Source: Octopus sinensis (Eukaryota). From it: DNA of 64,000 bases. The notes below the pieces were generated by a model, which ran no database searches, had not been told where the DNA came from, and saw only the letters and a list, made by a program, of their open reading frames with translations. Shown piece after piece: positions 12,082-25,733 of this stretch. Within the stretch, counting starts at the first letter, position 1. Every line of letters begins with the position of its first letter. The position numbers and the translations under genes are program-made. Location of the stretch: the NCBI RefSeq assembly GCF_006345805.1, contig NC_043010.1, forward strand, positions 65,472,001 through 65,536,000, given 5' to 3'.

Positions 12082-12544
12082 ATTATAAATAGGGGCAAAA
12101 GAAAAAGAATTCTATGCCAATATGCTGAGAAATATACTTTATATTGTCAATCACCATATACAAAATTTTTTGCTATAAATACACAGCGTGTTGAAAACGA
12201 GGAAAGCAAGCTAACAGAATTTTTTTTTAGAATGTCAATATCACCGAAACGGGTCGATTTTTGAATTAATACATAAAGGATTTTTCTTTATCAGCGAAGA
12301 ACGCGATAAGAAATAAATGGGATACTTACATATACCCATGGAAAAAAACAGATGCAAAGTCATGTGTACATTTAAGTACCCCAAATATATCCAAACAGAA
12401 ATTCTGTAGTAAGCCTGGACACATTTGTAATCGGTCAGGAAATTCACGTAGAGTGGGCACCAGTCCCGAAGCGAATGGTAATAAATTCACTTCTGATGTT
12501 GGATAAATTTTTTTTCAAAAAACTTTATTCTATATCAGAAGTAT

Positions 12545-12705
12545 ACATATGTGTGTGTGTGAGTGTGTGTGTGTGTATGTATATATGCATGTATGTATGT
12601 ATGTACGTGTGTATGTATGTATGTGTGGATGTATGTGTGTATGCATGTCTGTATGTATGTGTGTATGTATGTGTGTATGCATGTATGTATGTATGTGTGT
12701 ATGTA

Positions 12706-12738
<33 letters not shown>

Positions 12739-12805
12739 ATTTATGTATGTATGTATGTGTGTATGTATGTATGTATGTATGTATATATGTATGTATGTAT
12801 GTACG
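12545..12805. repeat. (TGTA)n/(TG)n microsatellite
   Basis: Direct reading. Confidence 0.95.
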
Positions 12806-13939
12806 TATAATAGGGACCACATAGACAGATACATTTTACTTTATTTGAGATGGCAGTGCTCCAGCATAGCCGCAGTCAAACGACTGAAGCCAATAAAAGA
12901 ATAAAAAGGATGGTATGATTTGAGTGACATCTGGCTGCTATTCCTTGCAAGTGAAGTGACTTCGTTGAGACTTTCTCATTTCCTGCAGGTGTCAATCTAC
13001 TAAAGGTCAAACTGATCATTAATCACCTCGTTCGCATCACTCTGGGTCATGGGCATGTCCCTTCCATCCCACCCCGCCACCTTCTTAATAATATTTATCG
13101 TATCTCCCACACTAAGCGTTCCATTCTGTCGTCATCCTGTCGTTGCACATTCGTTTCGTGCAAAAATATTTTTTAAAAACAAGAACCTCGTCGTTCCTTG
13201 GTACGGTTAAAGATAACTGGTATTGATAAAGTGACGAAAGGAGAATGACTACAAGTGAAATGGAGATGAGGGGGGGAGGGGCCGATAATGGGAAAGGAGG
13301 CTTCAGGTTATGGTGAGAGGAAAGAGAGTAAGAACGAAAGCACGTCCAGTAAAGCTGAGGAACAACTCAAAAATAAGACGTAATAGTCGATAAAGTTAGG
13401 TCAATAACGAAGTCGGAGATAATGAGAGAGAGAGAGAATGGTGAGAGAAAGAGAAGAGGTAATTGTCTCTATAAACAACAATAACAACAGCAGCAGCAGC
13501 AGTAACAACACGAACACCATCACCACCGCCGCCACTACCACCACCACCCTCATCATCATCATCATCACCTTGATCAATAACATTTACATCATTATGACTG
13601 AATGAATACAGTCTGTGTCAGTTCATCAGAATATAATGGATTTCTTTCTTTATACGTTGGATAGAAGACCTTATAAGGAGAACCTACAGAAGCAGTGCTG
13701 TGGCTGAGATGGGGTTATATCTATTTTGATACTAAATAGGAATAAAGGGGAATTAAGGGATGTAAAACTGGAAATTTGTGTTTTATTAAAACAATGCTTT
13801 GTTTGTTTGTTTTTGTGTTTTCTTTTTTTTTCGTCCAGCGGATTCTCAAACGAAAGGAAACGCTTTTTGTTGGACTCACCGTCCCACATGTTCCCACTCA
13901 GTATTTATATTTTGTTACTTTCTAAGTAGCGCATGGCTC

Positions 13940-14265
13940 TGTGAAGGTGCATTGCTCTGTGGTTAGAGTGTCGGACTCACAATCATCAAGTAGTGAGTTC
14001 GATTCCCAGACCGGGTTGTGTGTTGTGTTCTTGAGCAAGACACTTTATTTCATGTTGCTCCAGTTCACTCAGCTGTAGAAATAAATTGCGTCATCACTGA
14101 TGCCAAGCTGTATCGCCCTGGAGGCTGGTATGCATGGGCAACTGTTGGTCTTCCATAAACAACCTTGTTCGGACGCCTACCTCGGAAGGGAACTTTCTAG
14201 GTGCAATGTCATGATCATCCATGAGCGAAGGGGGTCTTTACCCCTTTTTTTACTTACCACGTGGC
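13940..14265 (+). mobile_element. tRNA-like SINE, family C (cttgagcaagacactttat core)
   Basis: gtggttag...gagttcgattccc head; core shared with 26560-26825 and 28140-28430. Confidence 0.85.
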
Positions 14266-15050
14266 ATTACCTTGATCCATTGAACAGTTAACCGCGGAAT
14301 TTGATGTGCATGTGTGTATGTGAGTGCATGTATGCATGTATAATATATGATATTAATATTTAAAAAAGAGCATTTCAGAGAGCGCAAACCTCTGCCAAAG
14401 CAACACCAATGTCCTCTCAACGATTAGCGGAGATGATTTTTAAAATGAGGATATATGAAATAAACTCGACTGCTCTCACAAACGAGAATACAAATAATGA
14501 AAACGACCACTCTAAAAATTAAATAATAATAAGGAAAAATAATCCAGAATCCTTATCCGGTACTGGATCGATCCCAAAATCTAGTCAGTTCGTGCCAAAC
14601 ATCCCTGAAAGTTTAATCCATATTCATCAAGCAGTTCTTGTGATATCTTGTCCCCGGAGAAACAAACAAACATGACTGAAAACAATACCTCTTCCTTCAC
14701 TAAGACGGAAGTAATAATTTACTATAGCCACAAGACCTGAAATTTTGGGGGAGGGCCATAATAAAATTAATCGATTATAGGGGCATTTGTGGGGAGGAGC
14801 ATTATAAAAATAATCTACTATAGTCAGAAGGCCTGGAATTTTGGGGAGAGGCATAGTCGAGTACATCGACCCCAGTAATAAACTGGTACTTATTTCATCG
14901 CTCCCGAAAGATGAACGGCAAAGTCGACCTCGGTGGAAATAATTTCAAATGTTGGCACAAGGCCTGCAAGTTCGGGTAGGAGATAAATGGTGTTTGTGGC
15001 TTTGAGAACAACCGTATTAATGGACAGTCACACAAATAATAATAAGAAGA

Positions 15051-15428
15051 ACACTCCGTCGGTTACGACGACGAGGGTTCCGGTTGATCCGAATCAACGG
15101 AACAGCCTGCTCGTGAAATTAACGTGTAAGTGGCTGAGCACTCCACAGACACGTGTACCCTTAACGTAGTTCTCGGGGATATTCAGCGTGACACAGAGAG
15201 TGACAAAGCCGGCCCTTTGAAATACAGGTACAACAGAAACAGGAAGTAAGAGTGAGAGAAAGTTGTGGTGAAAGAGTACAGCAGGGATCACCACCATCCC
15301 CTGCCGGAGCCTCGTGGAGCTTTAGGTGTTTTCGCTCAATAAATACTCACAACGCCCGGTCTGGGAATCGAAACCGCGATCCTATGACCGCGAGTCCGCT
15401 GCCCTAACCACTGGGCCATTGCGCCTCC
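15051..15428 (-). mobile_element. tRNA-like SINE, head B with body 2, full length
   Basis: Near-identical to 21862-22245, 48301-48620 and 51404-51780. Confidence 0.9.
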
Positions 15429-16293
15429 ACCACACAAATACACACTAGCACACATACATGCACCACACACACACTCACACACATACACAAAGGGAGTCAC
15501 AAGCATACAAATACATACACATGTATACAGGCACACACATTCACACATACACACCACACACACACACACAGGCACAGTGACATATACTAATGTATTAATA
15601 TAGAGTTACACACACAAACGAACACCCACAAGTACCACAAGAAACTCCACCAGGCGGCCTATATTTTGACCTACATCATGGGACTTTCTCCACATACATT
15701 TCCTACTTCCCTTTCGTTTCCCCACCGTCGCCATCTTCTTATCTTCATCGATTTATATTTTGTTACTTTCTAAGTGGCGCATGGCTCTGTGAAGGTGCAT
15801 TGCTCTGTGGTTAGAGTGTCGGACTCACAATCATCAAGTAGTGAGTTCGATTCCCAGACCGGGCTGTGTGTTGTGTTCTTAAGCAAGACACTTTATTTCA
15901 CACATTCACTCATTCTCTCTTTCCCTCTCTATCTCCCCCTCTCTCTTTCTTTCTCTCTCGCTCTTTCACCCTTTTATCATTTAACCTTTCGTCTTTCTAT
16001 ATATAAATACATAAATACATATCATGCGTGCATAAATATATTTATATTTATATTTATATATTTATGTCTGTGTGTGTATGTGTGCATATACATACATACA
16101 TATATATATATGTGTATGTGCGTGCGTGTGTGTGTGTGTATGTGGATGCACATGGCCTACTGGTTAGAGCATCGAAGTCGTGATCGAGGGATCGCGGGTT
16201 CGAATCTCAGACCGAGCAATTTGTATATTTATGAGCGAAACATGCGGCTCCGGCAGAAGGTAATGGCGAACTTCTGCTAACTCTTTTTCCACA

Positions 16294-16334
<41 letters not shown>

Positions 16335-17771
16335 TGGTACTTCGTCAGTTACGACGAAGAGTTTTCTAGTTGATCCGATCAACGGAACAGCCTGAGCAGT
16401 CCGCAGACACGTGTAACCCTTATCACAGATTGTGACACGCTGACTCTTCCCGAGAACTAGGAGAGATTCAGCGTGACACAATGTCTGATAAGGCTGACCC
16501 TTTGGAATACAGGTACAGCAGAAACAGGAAGAAAGGACGAGAGAAAGTTGTGGTGAAAGAGTACAGCAATACAAGGAGAGAGAAAATAGAGAATGTGTAG
16601 TGGCTAGCGATCTGTACGCATATGTATGTATGTATGCATGTGTATATATATATATATAATATATATATATATATACATACAAATAAATCCATCATGTAAT
16701 ATGCGAATATAAACAAGAAGGGTAGTAATATTATTTACTACCAGGTGCCCAGCACAAAAGACGAATTAGTCATAAGACAAAAATATTATTCATATAGAAA
16801 AATATTATTCATGTAGTTATACAATTAAGGGCTCGTACACACGTATATATATAGATACATACATACGTATGTACAAACTTTCACCTTTTTGTTTTTGTTT
16901 CTTTTTCTGGTGTGTCTCTCAGAACGGAAAATTGAGCAACATTGCTTGTAACATTTTGTTACTGCTTCATAGATAATTGCTTTATAAAACACCCGTTACC
17001 TTTTGCAGCTATAACCGAAAGCTGACGTCACAAATCGTTCGACCAATCGTAAGATTCTTTCGTATCTTAACGGACTTCATTTTTGTAGGATCGGATATAA
17101 TTAATATGATTCAAGCTTGTCAACTAAAATATATTATTAGTTTTTCCGTTTTTTACTGCTGTTTTTTTTTTTTTAGGCAATAACTAAAGATATCATGTAG
17201 GTTTTATTACATTCGAGGGAGACGTAGTTGTTGGAAATACTACCAAGGTCATTAACAAGCCAGTGTTTGAGGTCTTGCATGAGCCGGTTAGGATTCTACT
17301 ACGTAATATGATTGCATGCAGACACACACACACACACATACACATATACACACGCACACATACACATACACACATGTACGCACATACACACACACATGCA
17401 CACGCATACACACACACATGCACACACGCACACACAGCTGTGCAGCGTTGCAAATAATATAGCAAAAAATGTAGCACGAACAAACAACAACAAAATATAG
17501 AACACGAACGGACGAGCACAAATCTGATTCTTTCTTCAGTGGTCAATTGAAAATCATTAGAATTTCAGCGCCTACACCATGTCTGTGTGTGTATGGATGG
17601 ATGCATGGATGCGTGTATGTGTATGTATGCATATATGTATGTACATTTTTGTATGCAAGCATTATGTATGTCCACCCAATAATATGACCACTACCTGTTA
17701 ATAAGCATCAAAAAGAATATGATTCATATATATACTATATATATATATATATATTATAATATATATATATA

Positions 17772-17985
17772 CTTTATTTAAAAGCAGCAGAAATTCAACA
17801 AAACCTGTTACTCGGAGGTTTACCCGTTAAAATTTTAACAAAACTGTCCGACGAACGTGAACGTGAAACTCCGAGTAACAGGTTGTTGAATTTCTGCTGC
17901 TTTTAAATAAAGCATATTACTCTACCCTGGTATTTGAGTACTCTTTTTTTCCACATTGTTTCACATTTATGTGTTTACTCCGTAT
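17772..17985 (+). mobile_element. Penelope-like pLTR fold-back fragment with a hammerhead-like motif
   Basis: 17772-17817 is inverted relative to 17869-17912; ctgt-CCGACGA-acg(tgaa)cgt-GAAA-ctc(c)gag-TA-acag at 17844-17881; (TA)n on both flanks. Confidence 0.65.
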
Positions 17986-17986
17986 A

Positions 17987-18036
<50 letters not shown>

Positions 18037-18049
18037 TATCTATTTATAA

Positions 18050-18470
18050 TATAACATAGTCATAATTAGGGGTCAGCTAATTGCTTCGCCACGCACACGA
18101 ATTTAGGATAGCAAAGGATCTCCCAGGCAGTAACACACTTTTTTACGTAGGCAAAAAGAAAAGATCGCGTACATATTTAATCCCAACACTCTCAAATTTA
18201 TATTTTGAAATGCTGCACTGAAGATGAGAAATATGGAAGTAAATATAACTTTACTTTAATCTCGAAACGCGTATGTAGCTAATCTGAGTCGTGTGGATTC
18301 GTTATTTTTACTTTTTGCCCCTCTGGGAAATCCTTTGTGGTAGCAGAAAAGGAATTTAGCTCCTATTTCTAAATTCGGTGCGAGGCGAAGCAATTAGCTG
18401 ACCCCTAATTATAATTATGTTTATAATTATAGAATATTTGTATAATTTTAGCTAAAACGGTTATTTTAAC
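18050..18470 (+). mobile_element. Penelope-like pLTR fragment with inverted repeat and hammerhead
   Basis: 18062-18106 is inverted relative to 18369-18412; hammerhead at 18212-18279. Confidence 0.65.
18212..18279 (+). ncRNA. Minimal type-I hammerhead ribozyme
   Basis: gctgca-CTGAAGA-t-gaga...tctc-GAAA-cgcg-TA-tgtagc: 6-bp stem I, 4-bp stem II, palindromic stem III. Confidence 0.8.
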
Positions 18471-18671
18471 GTACCGATCTACTTGGTAAAATTATTAATT
18501 AATTGATTAATTAATTCATTTATTTTACCCTTTTATTATTATTAATATATATATATATATATTGTTGTGTCCGGGGGGAGTCATTCCTTTTTGTGCCTTG
18601 TTATTTAACACACGCACTGGCTCAGTTTCCATTCATTTACTTCTTTATTTCTCTCTCTCTCTCTCTCTCCC

Positions 18672-18774
<103 letters not shown>

Positions 18775-18802
18775 TGTATGTATGTATGTATGTATGTATA
18801 TA

Positions 18803-19032
18803 CAGGGTTGGCCAAAAGTCACATGACAGTAAATCAAGACCATTTAATTCCAAGATTAAAACAAAAAGTTATTTTATATGAGACTTCGCTAAGAATAGAG
18901 AAATGTTGAAAAAAACTGATTTTAACTCACAGCATTCAATTATTAAACATTCATTATTGGAATGAAGAAATAAGATTGAATATTAAGTATTTATGGAATT
19001 TTTGATTTACTGTCGGACGGCTGTTTGCCAAC

Positions 19033-19036
<4 letters not shown>
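18803..19036. mobile_element. Tc1/mariner-type MITE
   Basis: Imperfect TIRs cagggttggccaaaagtc...gacagtaaa / tttactgtc...tttgccaactctg; TA on both sides. Confidence 0.75.
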
Positions 19037-19067
<31 letters not shown>

Positions 19068-19171
19068 TATTTGTTTTCTTGTGATATACCTTGCATTTAC
19101 TTCGCATCGTTTTGGCCTTAACCACGACCCTTTATTTTTTTTTTTTTCAAATACGTGTATTTGTGAATGTA

Positions 19172-19202
<31 letters not shown>

Positions 19203-19229
19203 TGTATGTATGTATGTATGTATATATCT

Positions 19230-19302
<73 letters not shown>

Positions 19303-20117
19303 AGTATATGTGTATCTATAGTGAGAGAGGGGGAGAGTGAGAGAGAAATAGACAGACAGAGACGACATACATGCGTACATACATACATACAAACATACAT
19401 ACATACATATATGCATGCATGCATATGCGCATCCATATGCGCATACATGTATGTATATATGTGTATCTATGCGTATCTCTCTCCATCTATCTTCGTCTCT
19501 TTCTCTGCCTGCTGCTGCCTCTGTCTGATGTTATCTATAATAGTCTCTGGTAAAGTGGAATTTTATGAGAGTCTTTGTGGTGTTTCGTCATAATTCCGTT
19601 AACCAGTCGGCTGACAGTTGTCTAACTGGCTGTCTTTTGACAACATATCACCGCCAATTCTCTGAAAACAAACGTGGAAGAAAGCCTTTACACGGTCATT
19701 CGACCTGCTAAAAACAACGACCAAATCCCCCCCCCCCTCTGAATTTATATTGAACTTTCTTAAGGAAGAAAAACGCATTGAAAAATATCGTTCTCAATAC
19801 AGTTTATAATAAAAAGGGAGTTGCTCTTGGCTGGATCATCGTTGATCTTAGATAACCCCTAGCAGAACTTACTCAGGTTTAAACTACACAGACAGCGACC
19901 ACAAAAAAACTAAGCGTCCTTACATCCACAAACCATATTACTAGTCAATGTACGCCATTAGTCCAGAAAGAATATAAGAGACGCCATGACATTATAGCAA
20001 AGATTGTTCATTGGACACTTTTGGTCCAGTATCTTTGAACTCCATCTGCCCCGGGACCTTCCAGTTGCCCATTTTTGCTGATTTCCTTCACTTCCTTAAC
20101 TGAAATGACAAATTTTG

Positions 20118-20648
<531 letters not shown>

Positions 20649-20948
20649 TTTCATCACTTTCATCGACTTTACCTTTCATCACTTTCAAGGTCGATAAAAA
20701 TAAGTACCATTTGAGTACTGGAGTTGATGTAATCGACTGTCCTCTTTCCCCCAATATTTTAGTCCTCGTGTCTATAGTAAAAAAAAAAGGATTAATACTG
20801 CCTCCTTATACACCTCCATCTCTTCCACTCGCGTGTGTTAATTAATGACTAGTTAAGCTGAACACACTTTATTAACTTTAACAAGATTGCAATGGTGACG
20901 AGAAGGGTAGAGACAATGACGACCTCGTTACATTTCCGGTTACTTATC

Positions 20949-21548
20949 GGAGAGCCGGCAGAAACGTTAGCACGACGGGGGAAATGCTTAACGGTATTTC
21001 GCTTGTCGTTACGTTGTGAGTTCAAATTCCGCCGAGGTTGACTTTGCCTTTCATCCTTTCGGGGTCGATAAATTAAGTACCAGTTACGCACTGGGGTCGA
21101 TGTAATCGACTTAATACCTATGTCTGTCCTTGTTTGTCCCCCTCTGTGTCTAGCCCCTTGTGGGTAATAAAGAAATAGAAATAGGTATTTCGCTTGTTGT
21201 TACGTTCTGAGTTCAAATTCCGCCGAGGTTGACTTTGCCTTTCATCCTTTCGGGGTCGATAACTTAAGTACCAGTTACGCACTGGGGTCGATGTAATCGA
21301 CTTAATACCTATGTCTGTCCTTGTTTGTCCCCTCTATGTTTAGCCCCTTGTGGGTAATAAAGAAATAGGTATTTCGTCTGCCGCTACTTTCTGAGTTCAA
21401 ATTCCGCCGAGGTCGACTTTGCCTTTCATCCTTTCGGTTCGATAATTAAGTACCAGTTACGCACTGGGGTCGATGTAATCGATTAATACCTATGTCTGTC
21501 CTTGTTTGTCCCCTCTATGTTTAGCCCCTTGTGGGTAATAAAGAAATA
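20949..21548 (+). mobile_element. SINE family D trimer (head + 3 units)
   Basis: Units start at ggtatttc (20993, 21184, 21368); TSD ggttacttatc at 20938-20948 and 21549-21559. Confidence 0.9.
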
Positions 21549-21621
21549 GGTTACTTATCTCCCACCGCTTCACCTCCTCTCTCGTTTTCTCCCTATATCC
21601 TTTTACTATTTCCTTTCCCTC

Positions 21622-21687
<66 letters not shown>

Positions 21688-21861
21688 CCTCTTTCTTTCT
21701 TTCTCTTTCTGCTTCACCTGCAAGATGTTTGCATTTTAACACTCTGAGACTTACAAACAATGACGCCACTGTAATAGAAAAGTATTCTCTTGGATCCAAT
21801 CATGTCATTACAAGCTTGTCATTGTGAACTTGTGACTGTGAACTGAAGTCATAATATAGGA

Positions 21862-22245
21862 GCACTCCGTCGGTTGCGACGATGAGGGTCCCAGCTGATC
21901 CGAATCAACGGAACAGCTTGCTCGTGGAATTAACGTGCAAGTGGCTGAGCATTCCACAGACACACGTGCACCCTTAACGTAGTTCTCGAGGAGATTCAGC
22001 GTGACACAGAATGTGACAAGGCTGGCCCCTTTGAAATACAGGTACAACAGAAACGGGAAGGAAGAGTGAGAGAAAGTTGTGGTGAAAGAGTACACCAGGG
22101 TTCACCCCCACCCCACCCTGCAGGAGCCTTGTGAAGCTTTAGGTGTTTTCGCTCAATAAACACTCACAATGCCCGGTCTGGGAGTCGAAACCGCGATCCT
22201 ACGACCGCGAGTCCGCTGCCCTAACCACTGGGCCATTGCGCCTCC
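21862..22245 (-). mobile_element. tRNA-like SINE, head B with body 2
   Basis: Matches 15051-15428. Confidence 0.9.
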
Positions 22246-22289
22246 ACAGTTCTAATATATTCGTGACCTCACTACAAGACTAAAACAGA

Positions 22290-22430
22290 CATGTTAGTTA
22301 GTTAGTTAGTTAATTTGGCTCAAAAGCAAATAGCAAGGCCATGTAGGGGGACATGGAGTTAAGTACAGGGTGGTGTTCATGTAAAGAGTTCAGGCCACTT
22401 GAGGTCCAGGGAGGCTTTAAGACTTCACTA
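22290..22430 (-). mobile_element. CR1-like LINE 3' end with (TAAC)n tail
   Basis: Minus strand ...KASLDLKW...* followed by aactaactaactaac. Confidence 0.5.
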
Positions 22431-22913
22431 TAACACTATGACATTCTTTTTTTTTTCCTTCGGAAACTTCAACCTCTTTTACTCGTTGCATGGGTAAGGT
22501 CGTTGATAAATAATTCTTAGTTCAATAGATTACTCGTACATATCTAAGCCCCGGTTTATCCCTACACGCTTACCACGACACATAAGCTAATTACGTCACT
22601 GTAAGCTAATTACGTCACACGCTAATTATGTCATTCAAAGTAATGGAACAACATCGTATAAATAAATCTAAAGACTTCATTATACGATATGTTTGCGTCT
22701 GTACATATATACATATATGCTTCTGTGCGTGTATGTATGTGTGAGTGTATGTATGTATGTGTGAGTGTATGTATATGAGTATTTATATGCGCGTGTGCAT
22801 GTGTTTGCGCGCGCGTGTGTGTGTATGTGTGTGCGTGTGTGTGTGTTTGTGTGTGTGTGTGTGTTTGTATGTGTGTGTGTGCGTGTGTGTGTTTGTGGTG
22901 TGTGGTGTGGTTG

Positions 22914-22947
<34 letters not shown>

Positions 22948-23443
22948 ACATAGCAAAAAAGGACCGAAAGTATTTCCCGAACCGTACGCCAATATGGTCG
23001 GTTTCCCGGATTCCGTGACAAATACATTCCCTCAATGGACGGGACACAATTTTTTTTTTTTTTCCCACGGAGGTTCCGGACCCCAGTTATGAATTAATTT
23101 GCATACAGCCAATCAGAACTCAACTATCAAACTAGCGTCCAACAAGTCACGAAAATACTCTGGTTGAGTTCAGTGGATAATGTTCTAAACGGGTTAATGG
23201 GGTGACACATGTGAAATTTAGTGTATAAAATGAATGTAGCGCTGCTCACCGATGATGCCAACTTACTAGAAAATGTAAGTGAATGCAGTTTCCAAATTCT
23301 TTGGCTGATTTTGTACATTCCGAATTTTAAATGTTGGTGTTGATCTGTGAACATCGTAATCAATATGGCATTGTGTCGTATTGCGGCCCTCTTAGCATAT
23401 ATCAATGGTACATGCAGTATCACTAATCTCAGTCTGAGCTTAG

Positions 23444-23500
<57 letters not shown>

Positions 23501-23553
23501 CTACATATATATATATATATACATATATATACATATATAATATATATATATAT

Positions 23554-23756
23554 AGCCGTGTTGAATCGTTCCATCATTTCGAGTCGAAATCGGGTGATTT
23601 ATACCTTCGAGGTATTGGAAAATCTTGTTGAACGCTGGGAAGAAGTTGTAAACAACAAAGGTGAATAAATTATTGATTAATTAGATGTTATTTGTTATTG
23701 AACCTTTTAAAAAATTAAAATTTTATAAAATGGCGGTAACTTAGTTGCCAACCCAA
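23554..23756 (+). mobile_element. Mariner transposon 3' end (transposase C-terminus + TIR)
   Basis: Frameshifted FESKSGDLY.RGI/ENLVERWEEVVNNKGE*IID, like mariner C-termini; ends aacttagttgccaacccaa. Confidence 0.75.
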
Positions 23757-24048
23757 AAGAAGACACAAGCTGAAGGTGCCACGCAGTGGGACTGAACCCG
23801 AAACCATGTGGTTGGGAAACAAACTTCTTGTCATACAGCCACGGCCTTTAGATTCCCAGTTCAAATCCTACCGAGATCAACTTTACCCTCCATCCCACGA
23901 AGCTTCACCCATGCACTGAGTTCGATCTAATATTTCTATAAAAACATCCAAGATTTGAATGGAATCATAATAATTTTTTTTAAAACTGCACGGAGTCTTT
24001 CTCGTTGCCTGTGGAAACGTAAGCAAAGAAGGCTCTGTTATATTTGAC

Positions 24049-24148
24049 NNNNNNNNNNNNNNNNNNNNNNNNNNNNNNNNNNNNNNNNNNNNNNNNNNNN
24101 NNNNNNNNNNNNNNNNNNNNNNNNNNNNNNNNNNNNNNNNNNNNNNNN
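24049..24148. other. Assembly gap (100 N)
   Basis: Run of N. Confidence 1.
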
Positions 24149-24243
24149 CTAAGGGACATGATCAACTGGTTAAGGTCAAACAACTGACAAGCAAATCTGT
24201 GGTATTGAGCAGAATATTTGCTGTAGCCCATCTTTTATTATTA

Positions 24244-24279
<36 letters not shown>

Positions 24280-24326
24280 TTAGTTCACTGCCTGAATCGA
24301 ACTCGGAATCTTGGGTTAGTAGCCCC

Positions 24327-24384
<58 letters not shown>

Positions 24385-25063
24385 CACAGATTTGCTTGTC
24401 AGTTGTTTGACCACAGATTTGCTTGTCAGTGTTTGACCACAGATTTGCTTGTCAGTTGTTTGCAATACCACAGAATTTGCTTGTCAGTTGTTGAATGCCC
24501 TGATGCAGTACCAGGCAGTGGCTCTCATGGCTCTGATCTTAACGATTGGAAGTGTTATCATGTACTGTTTTGTCTTGGTATAAAAGAAAGATGGGCTACA
24601 GCAAATATTCTACTCATTACCACAGATTTGCTTGTCAGTGTTTGACCTTAACCAGTTGAGCATGTCCCTTAGTGGCTGACGATATGTGCATCTCTGATCA
24701 CGAGCAGAAGTATTTGGGGAGCATCATAGCCATGTGTGAAAGGATTCTTTGGGGGTTTGAATAATTCACCTCTGGAAACATGGGTGTTTCGTCAACGTCC
24801 TTAAACAACCCTTATTCAGGGACCTCTTGAGCGGGATGGGTTACTCGATCTGAAGAAAATTCTAACTGGGCTCCACCTGCAAGGTCATGTGCTGTTTATC
24901 TTGATATGAGATCACCATGTCGTGCAACATATGGTTGTGATGCATGTGCCTGGTGTACCTTTATCAGACGGGTAGTCATGATGGGTATATTGGGCTTCGT
25001 ATATTTTACCCCAGTGTCACTTTGATGGCATGCACTGCTCTCTCACTCAATAATAATAATAAT
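24149..25063. mobile_element. (AAT)n-associated interspersed repeat with a short inverted partial copy
   Basis: 24149-24235 is the reverse complement of ~24590-24672; locally repeated ccacagatttgcttgtcag; ends ...ctctctcactc(aat)n. Confidence 0.6.
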
Positions 25064-25258
25064 AGCATCAAAAAATACTATAGGAATGAGAACCCAGGTT
25101 CGAAATTTCCCCAAGACATCTGATGAAGGCTGGTGGTATATCAGCCAAAACGTTGTGTTAACAACAAACAAGATGAGGACAAATATCTGTTAAATGTAAA
25201 TAATGTAAATAATGTAAATCATGTACATAATTCCTCACCACTTAAATATAGAACTGTA
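25063..25258 (+). mobile_element. Penelope-like pLTR fragment with hammerhead (G12A)
   Basis: Homologous to 36335-36515 (minus); gacat-CTGATGA-a-ggctg...cagcc-AAAA-cg-tt-gtgtt at 25115-25159. Confidence 0.65.
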
Positions 25259-25469
25259 CCGTACATATGCATATATATATATATATAATATGGTAAGGAA
25301 AAGATAGAAGATAGAATATATGAGAATTTTTATTAATCGCGACAGTTGTTTCGACACATCTAGCATCGATCCCTCATGTGTGGGACAACTGGTTCAGGAG
25401 CATCAGTGGTGCAGATGTGTTTCATTGGTGTGATAAATAACTATAACTCATTAAAATAACAGTTCTGCA

Positions 25470-25557
<88 letters not shown>

Positions 25558-25733
25558 CAAACAGACATATATATATATATATATAATATATATATATATA
25601 TATAGATAATAAAAGGAATTCCAACCTTGTGATTTCACGTTTTATTTACAATCCTATAATGATATATTATAAGATAATTATTATAATAAATAAAATAAGA
25701 TAAAATAGTAGAATGTTAAATGTTCATTCTGAT

